A stretch of 63,479 bases of DNA, the filler included, from Reclinomonas americana ATCC 50394 (lineage: Eukaryota), in assembly GCA_048213135.1 (NCBI GenBank). It is 8 parts of 5 records of this genome, joined end to end, with 100 filler letters (N's around TTAATTAATTAA, not from the genome) between each part and the next. Parts side by side here need not be neighbours in the genome. Positions count along the whole stretch, not along the records: positions 43,050 to 52,577 come from PS015097.1; positions 52,678 to 57,294 come from PS015097.1; positions 57,395 to 61,377 come from PS015099.1; 5 more parts are not named here. One strand, given 5' to 3'. Shown piece by piece: positions 46,537-57,913 of the stretch; position 1 is the first letter of the stretch; the number at the start of each line of letters is the position of its first letter. The position numbers and the translations under genes were made by a program. The notes under the pieces were generated by a model. The model saw only the letters and a list, made by a program, of their open reading frames with translations, had not been told where the DNA came from and ran no database searches.

Positions 46537-48540
46537 CTACTTGACCGGCACAGGATGATGATGATGCGTCGCGGACAACTTCCTTGCTGCGTTCGCCTCG
46601 GCGGGGAACGCGGCAGGTGAGTTGGAGCCGCCACCGCTGCCGACGTCTAGGCCGCCATTCGCTGCCTGCGCTGCGCGTGCGGCCAAAGCGCGTGTGATGT
46701 AGCGCTTCCGCCGTACCACCACGATAAAGAGGATGGTGTTGAGGAGGAACATGCAGGAGTAGATGGCCCAGTGCACCGAGTTGGCCACCATGGCCAGCTG
46801 AGAGAGGGCGATCAGGCCCTGCAGTCGCACCAGCCATACTTGCGTCATTTCGCAGTTCACAAACAGGTACTGCGTGCAAGCAAAGTGAGACGGCTACTGG
46901 TGCTTGCGAGAGTAACACAAACGCACAAAGATGAAAATGTCTGTGGGAACCCCTGGTGGATTGACGTTTGAGTCGCCGAGTGCCACGTATGTCTTGCCCT
47001 TCCAGAGCACCACCGAGCCCTCCTTGTAGGGTGCATGCGCAGCCGACCATTCCACCAGTGACCGTCTGGCGAAGAAGAACCACTGCAGTGAGCCTGCGGA
47101 ACACAGCAGCAGCAACAACAACAAACGCACCTGTCTAATTCGCTGTCTCTGTCTCTAAATGTAACCCAGCAGCCCACCGACGACGCGTGTGTGTTCAAGT
47201 TCTCCGCTTGTGCATACAACATGTCGGAACCGAGCAGCACGAGCATGTTGAAAAACACAAAGAAGAAGAATGATCCACATCTCCACAAGTCGAAGAACAC
47301 GGTGGTTTCCTGCGACGATGAGAGTGAGCACACACACACGCGCACGTGTACGTGCGTGGCAAGCGGGGCCTTGAAAGAAAACCGCAACTACCACAAAAAT
47401 CATGGGCACATTGCCGACCAGAAATGCACCCTCAAAGCTGCGATAGAGCAGCAGTTGGATCTCAAAGATGATGCGCTTCGCCGCCACCACTCGCACATCC
47501 TTGGCGTCGAGGGCCAGCGTCTCGGCCTTTTTCAACGCCGTTCCTCCTCGCACAAACACAATCAAGTAGAACACGAGTCTGCGAGCACGCTCCACGCTCG
47601 TGAGCGCACTGCTTCTCGCCCTCGCTCCCCCGAACAAGCATGGGAGGATGAACGCAACGGCAAGGCGAGGAAGAGAACTCTCTTGAACGAGTACCGCTGC
47701 AGCGACACGAGCAGCAGCGCCGCGAGGAGGAACGAGGCCACCGCCAATGCCACGACAACTGACCGCTGCAGTGTCACCGCCGCCGGCGACGCCTCATACA
47801 CTGATCGCTCATACAGTTGAAAGAGCAGCCGCATGAGCAGCACCAGTGCCACAATCGCAATCACAAACAGGTCATAGTTGAAAAAGTTCTGCATTCCAGC
47901 ACCACCAACAACAACAACAATCATCAGTATCATCACGCATGCACAGAGAGAGAGGGGGGGAGGGGAGAGAGAGGAGAGTGTGTGTGTGTGTGAGTGTGTG
48001 TGAGAGAGAGAGAGTTGCACAGAGAGTGAGCGACACGCACTCTCTCTCTCTCTGTCACACACATACACACACACGGACGCACACAAAGTGAGAGAAGGAG
48101 GGTGAGTGTGTGTGCATGTGTGTGTCCTTGTGTGTGTGCCTCTGTGTGTCGTGCGGTGAGAGAGAGAGACAGAGAGAAGGACGGTAAGTGTGTGCACGTG
48201 TGTGTCCTTGTGTGTGCCTCTCTCTCACACACACATGCCCACTCACCGCACGATAGATGTTGACGTACTGCAAGCCGAGATGCAACAACAGATAGGCCAA
48301 CACCACCAGCTCAGTGCGACAACACGCGCGCACTCGTTCCATTGTTGTCGACGACGACGATGATGACGACAAGGAGGAGGGCGATGGAGATGAAGTGCCT
48401 GTTGTGTTGGCAGGCGAGGATGCAGAAGCAGAAGACGAGGAAGAGGAGAGAATGCGTTGTGGCACCGGATTGGGGTGGGCGTTGCTCGTGTTGGAGGAGG
48501 CGAGGTGGTGGTGGCTACCACTGCCACGCGCACCCGTCAT
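46537..48540 (-). CDS. TMEM39: TMEM39-family multipass membrane protein
   Basis: AYLLLHLGLQYVNIYR, HASSVGCW, EWSAAHAPYKEGSVVLWKGKTYVALGDSNVNPPG...YLF, plus several TM segments. Confidence 0.8.
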
Positions 48541-50227
48541 TGCTCGTGGTCACAAAGAGACACACACGCGCGGGGCGAGGCTCCTCCGATTCTTGCCGTC
48601 CCTTCACGTGTCCTTACAAACGGCGACGTTTTCATTCCCACGACGACGTTCAAAACCTTATGAGCTTTTACAAAAGCTGTTTTTGTTTGCAGTAGCAGCA
48701 AAGTTTGGCACACATCGCACACCACATACACACACGGAGGAAGGAGAGAGAGAGAGAGAAAGGGTTGTAAATGAAATACAAAAGAGGAGAGAAAGAGAGA
48801 GAGATAGAAAAGGCCAGATTGGATGAAGCCTTGAATTCCGAGTCAAACAGCGGCGTCGGCTTGACAAAAGCGACGCCACAAGGTGGTAGTTGCTTGTCGC
48901 CAACCAGCGGTGCAAACGCACGGGCACACTAAAGCGGACCAGTCACTTGCAAGTGACGGACAGCGTGCGGCCACAGCGAGAGCGACTCAAAGGAGGAGGC
49001 GAGAAACGGTCGAGCAGGCAAAAAAAACCAAGGGCAGCACAGAGTAGAACTACAGTGCGAGCGCGGCAGCAGCAGCGCTCTCACTCAGGGACGTTTCATA
49101 CGTCACCGACAAGAGCGGCACGCCACGCAAGCTGCGGCACAGACAGACAGACAGACAGAGAAAGGATAGGGAGAGAGAANNNNNNNNNNNNNNNNNNNNN
49201 NNNNNNNNNNNNNNNNNNNNNNNNNNNNNNNNNNNNNNNNNNNNNNNNNNNNNNNNNNNNNNNNNNNNNNNNNNNNNNNNNNNNNNNNNNNNNNNNNNNN
49301 NNNNNNNNNNNNNNNNNNNNNNNNNNNNNNNNNNNNNNNNNNNNNNNNNCTCAGCAAAAACAAACAAGAAAAGAATTCAGCGGAAAGACTATCGGCATGC
49401 AACACACAACAAAGTGAGTCGACGCCAACAGCAGTTAGACATGACGAACACAAAACACGCATACAGGAGGGGGGGATGAACAGGAAACAAAGGAACATTT
49501 CGTGAGAAGATCTTTTCAAAGAGCACAGAGAGAAAAAACCGAGACAATCCACAACACGCACGGAGAAAGCAACGGGGGCAAAGTAGGCTGGAGACACGAC
49601 TAAAATTAACAGAGCAGCAAAGGTACGGTTCGCGGAACGCGCGCGGGGTGGTTGGCGGTGGAGGTGGTGGTCACCAAGGGACAAGGTCGGAAAACGAACA
49701 AAAAGGGCACGAGGACACTCTCGGCCACGCAGCATGGAAACACATATGCAGAGGAGGAAAGAAAAAAAACGTCGACACTTGTCGGCACACTCTAAACGAC
49801 TCAAGCAAGACCACAGAGCCATTGCGAGTCAAATCAAGCACGCGCACACACGCAGAGAGATAGAATACCACCACCACCACCANNNNNNNNNNNNNNNNNN
49901 NNNNNNNNNNNNNNNNNNNNNNNNNNNNNNNNNNNNNNNNNNNNNNNNNNNNNNNNNNNNNNNNNNNNNNNNNNNNNNNNNNNNNNNNNNNNNNNNNNNN
50001 NNNNNNNNNNNNNNNNNNNNNNNNNNNNNNNNNNNNNNNNNNNNNNNNNNNNNNNNNNNNNNNNNNNNNNNNNNNNNNNNNNNNNNNNNNGCCAGCCAGT
50101 CAACCACTCAACCAACGCACGCCACACACACAACACACGCAAAGAACCGCAGCCAAAAGCCGCTCTACAAGACACCAGCTGGAGAGCACCACCGTCGTAG
50201 CCTTCCCCCGTCCACCACACCGCCACC

Positions 50228-52577
50228 TCATGTTTGCGCCAGGATCGCCGGGTGCTTGAACAGCAGCGGCAGATCGGCAGGCGGCGCAATCAGCGACACT
50301 CGGTGGTAGCGCGCGTGGGAGAACTTCTCGTACACCGCCTTCAGTCGCGGATTGGGCGTTCTCTTGTAGACGAACAGAATGTCCTCCATGCACAGCGACA
50401 GGTCGGCGGGCGTGTAGAAACACGTTCTTTCCAGTGTCTCGCTCCACACGGGCAGCGAAAGTGTGTGGCGCGCCACGCACACCGCCGAGGCGGCCACCAG
50501 TGATGCCGGCCACTTGATCATTTCGTATTCTTGCAACATCAACTCGCAGAAGTACTGCACGGGGAGAAATGACAGTTTTTTTGAGAAAAAGCAAATGACA
50601 ACACCAAATGGCGACCAAGTACGCAACAGCTGACAGCATCTTGAAGGCGCGGTTGTGCAGACCCATGTCGCCGAGCGCCGCCGCATCAGTGAAGCGGCGC
50701 AGGTACGAGTACGGGCTGACCACCGTGAGGTTGAAGGAGAGCGACGTCAGCACCGAGGTCTCCAGTGCCAGCACTTGCTCCTTGTTGTACGTGTTCTCGG
50801 TCATGTAGACAAACTCCTCCACTGATGGAGGCGTAATCTCCTCGTACTTGCTGCTCACCCAATCACAAACAGAGGAACATGAGCTCTCCTGCTACGACGG
50901 GCAACAGCGAGAGTGGGTTACGCAACGCTGCGACAAACATGCACGTGATGCCGACCAGCTGGAGGCGAGTGCGGTTGACGGCCACCATGGACAGGTAACG
51001 GTCAATGTAGTTGATGGTGAGGTACAGCGTCTCGGGATGCAAGCTGTGACGTGGAAAGGTGCGGAGAGGAAAAGCAATGATTAGTCACAAATGGCAACAA
51101 GCGTTGGAGATTGTGTGAAAAAAGAATGAGAATCAATGAGGGACAACGTCGAAAAACAGGAGAAGAGCGAGTGAGTGAGAAAGAGACACACGTGAAGACA
51201 GAGTAGCGTGTGTATCTTTTCTCTTTCTGTCTGTCAACGTGCATGTGCGACGGTGCCGAACATTTAGTTGACGCGGCCACACAAAACACACGTGTGGACA
51301 AAAGGCGAAGGCGTGTGTGCGAGACAAAGAGAACGATAGAGTGTGCGGGTGGGGGTGGGGGCAGGGGTGGGAGTGACAACAGAGAGAAGGGGGAGCGAGA
51401 ATGGAAAGGCGAATATTCTGTCTATAAAAATCAATAAAAAACGTACCTATAGTCCAAAGCCACCTCCACCAGCCAGTCGACCAGGATGCCACGCATCTTC
51501 GGCGTTATGTCTTGCTGTGCTGTCATGTAGTCGCGATTGGGCATGTACCGCAGCTGCCGCAAAAGAGCACCAGTCAGCACCAACAATAGTCTGCAACCGC
51601 AGTCGCTTGATTTGGCAAAGACTCGCACACACACACACGGAGATTGAGAAAGCGCGACAACAGAGAAGCACTCGCTCCAACATGCAACAGCACACACAGA
51701 GAGAGAGAGAGAGAGACGGTGCGATATATCGTGAGGCGGACAACTCGTGCGAGAAGGAAAAAGAAAGACACGGCGAATATTACATCACAAAGCTCACATA
51801 CGGAGCGCATTGGTACCACAGAGTAGCAAAAGCACACACGTGACGTAGAAAAAACACAGGGGCATGACAGGAAAGTGATTGCGAGATTTTCGACAACGAC
51901 CTCAAAATCGTTAAGGAAAGCAGGAGTTCCAGAGTTACAGTTCGCGAGTGCGGGTGTGTGCGCGCGCGCGCGCGAGTGTGTGCGGTGCGTGCCACCAACC
52001 GCATCTCCGTCACTCACTCACACACACAACTACATCAACAAAGGAGGAGAGTGCGCCAACGAGATACCGCTCACGTCCACAAAAACACAAAAATACCACA
52101 CGCAAAACAAAAAAACAAAAGAATGCCCACTGAGGCCCGCTCACAGCAAAAACCGTGGTCTTTCGCTCACAGACCCCTGAGAAAGGGAAAATCCTCACTA
52201 GCCCCCTAACACACACACACACACACGTGGACACACACCTCTCGGTCGCGCATGCTGGCAAAGATCTCCTCCGCGTACTGCTCCACCTGCAGCGGGTCGC
52301 CTCCATAGTTGAACGCCATGGGCGCCGGCGGTGGCAGCATGTCAGCCGGCTCGTCATACATCATCATGGTGGACTGCTGCTGATGCTGCAGAGGTGCAGC
52401 AGCCGAGGCGGCCGCCGCAGCAGACGAGTTCGTCTCCATGACTTGCATGAATTGCGCATGCAAAAGCATCTGTTGCTGTTGCTGCTGCTGCTGTTGCTGT
52501 TGGAGCAGCTGCTGCTGTTGCTGTTGCGTGTTGGCAAAGAACGCTTGCGTGGGGGCGGCGACTGCAGGTGCGGCGGC
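50228..52577 (-). CDS. Cyclin A (5' end truncated at spacer; poly-Q N-terminus)
   Basis: YAEEIFASMRDRE|LRYMPNRDYMTAQQDITPKMRGILVDWLVEVALDY|SLHPETLYLTINYIDRYLS...[34 protein letters not shown]. Confidence 0.92.
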
Positions 52578-52677
52578 NNNNNNNNNNNNNNNNNNNNNNN
52601 NNNNNNNNNNNNNNNNNNNNNTTAATTAATTAANNNNNNNNNNNNNNNNNNNNNNNNNNNNNNNNNNNNNNNNNNNN

Positions 52678-53541
52678 CGGAGCGACTGGCGAAACACGGG
52701 CGAGGCGACGCCAATGGACTCGCCGCCTGGCCGCAAAGGCCGACACCTGCTGTACCGTACAGCCGCCTTGGCCGTACAGAGAGAGCGAGCGAGAGAGAGA
52801 GAGAGAAGGGAGAGCGCCTCACCAACACCGATAATGGACCCTGCCGCGTCGGCCTCCTCACGCGTATCGGGCGTGCACTGCTCATCGTCGGCCACGCACA
52901 GTGAACCGCAGCGGTGCGGCCATTTGCTGCCCTTCATGCACTCCTGCCAGCACATCTGCGCCACACAGAAACAAGGGTGAGACAGCCACGCGTGTCGAAC
53001 GCTGCCGATTAGACACACACACACACCATGGCCTTGCCGTACCAGCCCTTTGGGCACCTGTACAAAAATGAAAACACGACAGGTCACGCACCGCCACCTG
53101 CGAACAAACTACTCCCTCACTCTGGTCCGCAACTTGCGCCAACACATGCCGCCGTTCTGATCCAGATCGGGGTGCGTCGGCGGGCAGCCCGCCTCCACCA
53201 TTTCGTCAAGGCCACGAGCGTAGTCCTGCGGACCGTTTTCGTCTCCCTGCAACCAACGTGCAGTGAGCATCCCCGCACAGTCTCACACGCACTCCATTGC
53301 TTCGTGAACCTTGGCCTTGGCGTGACACACAATGTCGGAACCCGAACTCTCGTACCTGAACACGCTCAATCGAGTCAACTGCAGTGCACCAACGACGCTG
53401 CAGCAGACAAGCACGCGCGCACACACGCACCCTTCATCACACGGTTTGTAGCACGCGCCCTGGAAGGCATCGTAGCCCGCGGGGCACTCGTCGGCCGGTG
53501 CCGACTGTCCGCGGAAACGTGCTTGCTGCAGCCAGACGCCC

Positions 53542-53605
<64 letters not shown>

Positions 53606-54065
53606 ACATGAGTACTTCACGAGCACACAGAGAGAGAGAGAGAGGCAACGCACCCGCCAGCACGCATCACCCATGTGCTCTCGCTTTGGCAGAATCCTCA
53701 TGACACGTGTCGCAATCTTCTTCAGCTTTCCCATGAAGCTGATCAGTGTCAGCGGCACCTCCGAGGTCACCGACGACACCTCATCATCATCGGCCGACAT
53801 TACACTCACAGGCTCCGCCTCGTCCACAAAGAACTCGTCCTCATCCTGCTCATCAAATGCACTGCTGGGCATTGTTGTCACTGTGCGGGAGAGAGAGAGA
53901 GTGACTGAGTGAGTGAGTGTCTCACAAGGAAAACCCAAGTGCTGTTTTGTGTGTCGGTGAACCATCTTGTGAGCGGCTCAGTGCGGCTGATGATGTCTGT
54001 GAGGCAATCGCCAGCACTACCAACAGAGAGAGGGCAAGTGATGCCCACAGGCCTCTTCTTCCCAT
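52678..54065 (-). CDS. Secreted cysteine-rich repeat protein (3' truncated)
   Basis: Signal peptide MGRRGLWASLALSLLVVLAIASQ, acidic stretch, then CPAGYDAFQGACYKPCDEGY...VC, CPP...GMCWRKCPKGWYGKAMMCWQEC...HRCGSLC. Confidence 0.65.
53545..53603. repeat. (CA)n microsatellite, intronic
   Basis: Pure CA run. Confidence 0.95.
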
Positions 54066-54155
54066 GTTGGTGCAGAGGACAAATGGAAAGATATCCAGGC
54101 GCGAGCCAGGCAAATATCATCAATCTGTCCAATCTCTGAAGACGCACGCAGTAAC

Positions 54156-55394
54156 TCACATCCTCCCACCACAGCCGCGTGGATGCAAGAGGCATCTCGA
54201 CGGCATTGTAGTTGACATCACGCTCGTCGGCCAGCGCGAAAAGCAACTCCTGCTGCACGGGATCCATCTCGTCAGGAACCAGCAGTGTGCTGGAGTCTGG
54301 ATACTCTTTGTAGCGACCCAGCTCCTCGTACGTGTCCACGACAAGGCGAGCCACTTCCATGTGGCTCTTGCCGGCGAGCAGCGGCTTCTTGACGATGGCC
54401 TGGAACAACCCGAGGCCGCCGCTGGTCTCGTCTTGCAAGTGGAGAGTCCAGCGATCAACACGGTCCTCGACTGCGTGGGTGATCTGCGTGGACATGCGGT
54501 TCTTCTCCTCGCTCTCTGCGTACCTGAGGAGTGTGAGAAGCACAGTCACGGTGGCTGTCAACGAAAAAGGGGACAACGACTCACCAATCAGATGGCGGCA
54601 TGACAGCTGGCCACGGATCGACAGCGTTGTTGTTGTAAGCTGTACATGTGGTAGCAGTAGTCGGTATACGATGAAGAGAGAGAGAGAGAGAGAGGAGGGA
54701 GAGAGAGGGAGGAGAGAAGAGAAGGCACTCACGTCCTTGATGCGTTTGTCTTTCATCTCGATCTGCGAGTTCAAAAGCTGCAACATCTCCTTGAGATGGN
54801 NNNNNNNNNNNNNNNNNNNNNNNNNNNNNNNNNNNNNNNNNNNNNNNNNNNNNNNNNNNNNNNNNNNNNNACGTCCCTCGTTTCGAGAAAGGCCACATTG
54901 GTCGAGAAAGGCCACATTGGTCTGAAGCAGTGACTGGAGAACCTCGACTCGTTCTCTCAACTGTTCGTTGACATAAGTTACATCTCTTTCAGCATCATCA
55001 GCTCAGCAAACAGAACACACGCACGAGCATCACCGCCGACACCTCCAGGTTCATCTGCGCAGTGCTGGAATGCCTCGCTTGCAGCACTGGAGAAGAGCGA
55101 TGACAGTGAACGAGAGGGAGAGTGAGTGTGCTCACAGAGAACTGTGAGGCACAGACAGACAAGGACGGGAAGCAGAGAGAAAGAGAAGCAGTGCGTGTCA
55201 CATATATACACACACACAGGAGAGAAAGTGGTAGAGAGAAAGAGAAGCATGAGTGTGTCATCTTCACATGCACAGAGAGAGAGAGAGAGAAAGAGCTCAA
55301 GAACACACTCACAGTCTGACATGCAATGGTGCTGTTGGAAGACAAAGTAAGTCCGAAGCACCGAGGTTGTGCGGAGGAAGTGAGGTGAGAACAT
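54156..55394 (-). CDS. Orphan family copy A (presequence-like N-terminus, coiled coil, conserved C-terminal domain); 3' end uncertain; 19-bp duplication
   Basis: MFSPHFLRTTSVLRTYFVFQQHHCMSD...KDKRIKD|LTTTTLSIRGQLSCRHLI|...WTLHLQDETSGGLGLFQAIVKKPLLAGKSHMEVARLVVDTYEELGRY. Confidence 0.6.
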
Positions 55395-55641
55395 CGCAAT
55401 GGCGCTCAGTGTAATGACAATGAATGACAAAAATCGTTTGGAGCAGCTCATGCACACTGTGTAGACTCGTGCTCGACACGTCGTTGTGCATGTGTGCGTG
55501 CGAATGTGCAGTGCACATCGTTGTGTAGTGCTTCTACATGGGCTGTTTACTGACACCTGCGCGCCGTCGTCGACGTCGCTGCCCCCTTTCTCATGTAAAC
55601 TGCGTGTCGGAGCTCCATCACTGGGTCTCATTCACCATCCG

Positions 55642-56830
55642 CTAACCGACTGCGACCTCCTCCAGCGGCGACGACTGCATGGCAACAAGAGGCACCTTCG
55701 CCACCTCGAAGATGACATGCAAGTGCTCGGCCATCGCAGTGAGCAGTTCTTGCTTCACGGGATCCAAGTCATCGGGAATCAACAGCTTGTCCGCGTGCCG
55801 GTTCTCCTCATAGCGGCACAGCTCCTCATCCGTATCCACGATGATTCGAGCCACCTCCTCTTCGTTCTTGCCGGCGAGCGGTGGCTTCTTGACGATGGCC
55901 TCGAACAAGTGACAGCCACTGCTGGACGCATGTTGTAGGTAGAGAGCCCAGCGACCCGCGAGGGTCGTTGTGTAGCTATGGGCAATACGATTAGGCATCC
56001 TGCTCTCCACGGTCACTGTTTGTGCAACGCGATATGAGGCAGCGAGAGCTGGTGCATATCGATACCATGCAAAGGTCGACGACTCACCAATCACGTGACG
56101 GCATGTCTGCGTCCCGAGAAGCGACTGCATTGCCGTTGTCAGCTGCGGTAACAGTGAGTGTTCAGCCAACAGAAAGAGAGAGAGAGAAAGAGAGAGAGAG
56201 CGCGGTGAATGCTGACCTCTTCAATTCGGGTTCCCTTCTGCTGGGCTACCGCCTCGGTCTCCTTCAGTCGCGCGTTGACATACGCGTTCTTCTCTTCGAG
56301 AAGCGCTTCCGTCTTTAGCAGCAGTGCGTCGAGCGACTCGATTTGTTGCTCCAACTGTCAATGCGAGGGAGTCAGGTACACGTGCACGCTGCGTATCTCG
56401 CAGAGAATTCGACAATGCGAACGACGACAACGACGACAACAACAACAACGACACCAACGTGTGTACAACAACATATTGACATGCACACATAGAATGCACA
56501 CTGGAGTACGCACGGCAGCCAGTTCCTCCTCCGGATCCAGAGTCGTCATGATCAGCGACACGGTGGCCATGGGATCCGGAGTCTGCACACATGCAGTCGT
56601 TTTCAACTCTGTGGAGTTGCACACACACAGAGAGAGTGAGAGAGAGATAAAGCAAAAGTGGGCAGTGAGTGCAGGGGAGCTCGAGTGTGTGAGAGAGAAA
56701 AGCAAACACTGATACCGATGATCATGACACAACACAACATCTCACCATTCGACATGCATCTGCACTGTCGAGAGACATGATAGGAGGACCGAAACAGAGA
56801 ACTCACACGGAAGAGACGAAGCGAGAACAT
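55642..56830 (-). CDS. Orphan family copy B
   Basis: MFSLRLFRVSSLFRSSYHVSRQCRCMSN...KGTRIEE|LTTAMQSLLGTQTCRHVI|...WALYLQHASSSGCHLFEAIVKKPPLAGKNEEEVARIIVDTDEELCRY. Same intron positions as copy A. Confidence 0.65.
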
Positions 56831-56980
56831 CTGCGTGCTGATCGTCACACAAACTTACTGTAGACACTTGAAATTTTGCATTGTGCAGTCTCCTCCTCCC
56901 TTATCCTCCTCCTCGGCATTCCTCTTGAATATCCGGCGGCGGGGGACACGAGTTGCTTCACAAACAACTCATTCTGTCCA

Positions 56981-57294
56981 TCAGTCATCATAATCTTCAT
57001 CGGGCTCGGATGCAAGGGGCAGATGCACCACATCAAAGACGATCTCACGCTCGTCGGCCAGCGCGAAAAGCAGTTCCTGCTGCATGGGATCCATCTCGTC
57101 AGGAATCCTCAGTGTTCTGGAGCGTGGATACTCTTTGTAGCGACCCAGCTCCTCGTACGTGTCCACGACAAGGCGAGCCACTTCCATGTGGCTCTTGCCG
57201 GCGAGCAGCGGCATCTTGACGATGGTCTGGAACAACCGGAGACCGCCGCTAGACTCGTCTTGCAAGTGGAGAGTCCAGCGATCAACACGCGTAC
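56981..57294 (-). CDS. Orphan family copy C (last exon only)
   Basis: RVDRWTLHLQDESSGGLRLFQTIVKMPLLAGKSHMEVARLVVDTYEELGRYKEYP...DD*. DNA is nearly identical to 54217-54461. Confidence 0.7.
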
Positions 57295-57394
57295 NNNNNN
57301 NNNNNNNNNNNNNNNNNNNNNNNNNNNNNNNNNNNNNNTTAATTAATTAANNNNNNNNNNNNNNNNNNNNNNNNNNNNNNNNNNNNNNNNNNNN

Positions 57395-57451
<57 letters not shown>
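57395..57451. repeat. (GA)n microsatellite at scaffold edge
   Basis: Pure GA run. Confidence 0.95.
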
Positions 57452-57454
<3 letters not shown>

Positions 57455-57699
57455 GAGGAGGAAAGCGCGCGTGTGTGTGTGTATCTGATCATCTTTTCTC
57501 CGATCAACTTGCTCTCGCTCAGTCTCTCTCTCACTCGTGCAGTCGCTCTCTCTCTCTCTCTCTCACTAATCGCTCTCTCGTTCGCGCCCAATCACTCTCT
57601 CACTCGCGCGCAGTCGCTCTTCCACTCTCACAGTCGCTCTCTCTCTCTCTCTCTCTCCTTTCTCACACTGCGCCCCTCCTTTCCCCTTTCTCCACACAG

Positions 57700-57816
57700 G
57701 CAGGCAGCGCCGGCGCACAACTCAGTGTCGATGTGGACGGGCTCGACGACCACACACTCTTCCGCATTCGAGACGTGCTGATGCGAGACGGCTCACTCGC
57801 CCCGCCTCCGCAGTGA
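57700..57816 (+). CDS. Terminal exon of an upstream gene, possibly an extra-terminal (ET/BET-type) domain
   Basis: After a pyrimidine tract and CAG: AGSAGAQLSVDVDGLDDHTLFRIRDVL...*, resembling ET-domain E(I/L)D(I/L)D.LD..TL..L. Confidence 0.4.
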   Translation, partial: AGSAGAQLSVDVDGLDDHTLFRIRDVLMRDGSLAPPPQ

Positions 57817-57913
57817 TCTCCTCTTCTTCTCTTTTTTGCACCATTCATCATCAATAGACGCGGACCTTCGTATACATCTACCGTGCTGTACATTCTTCCT
57901 CTCCTTCGTGTCG

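Noticed and set aside
47940-48235. GA/GT-rich repeats with a duplicated tgtgtgtccttgtgtgtg motif
   Set aside because: Ordinary intronic microsatellite decay in TMEM39.
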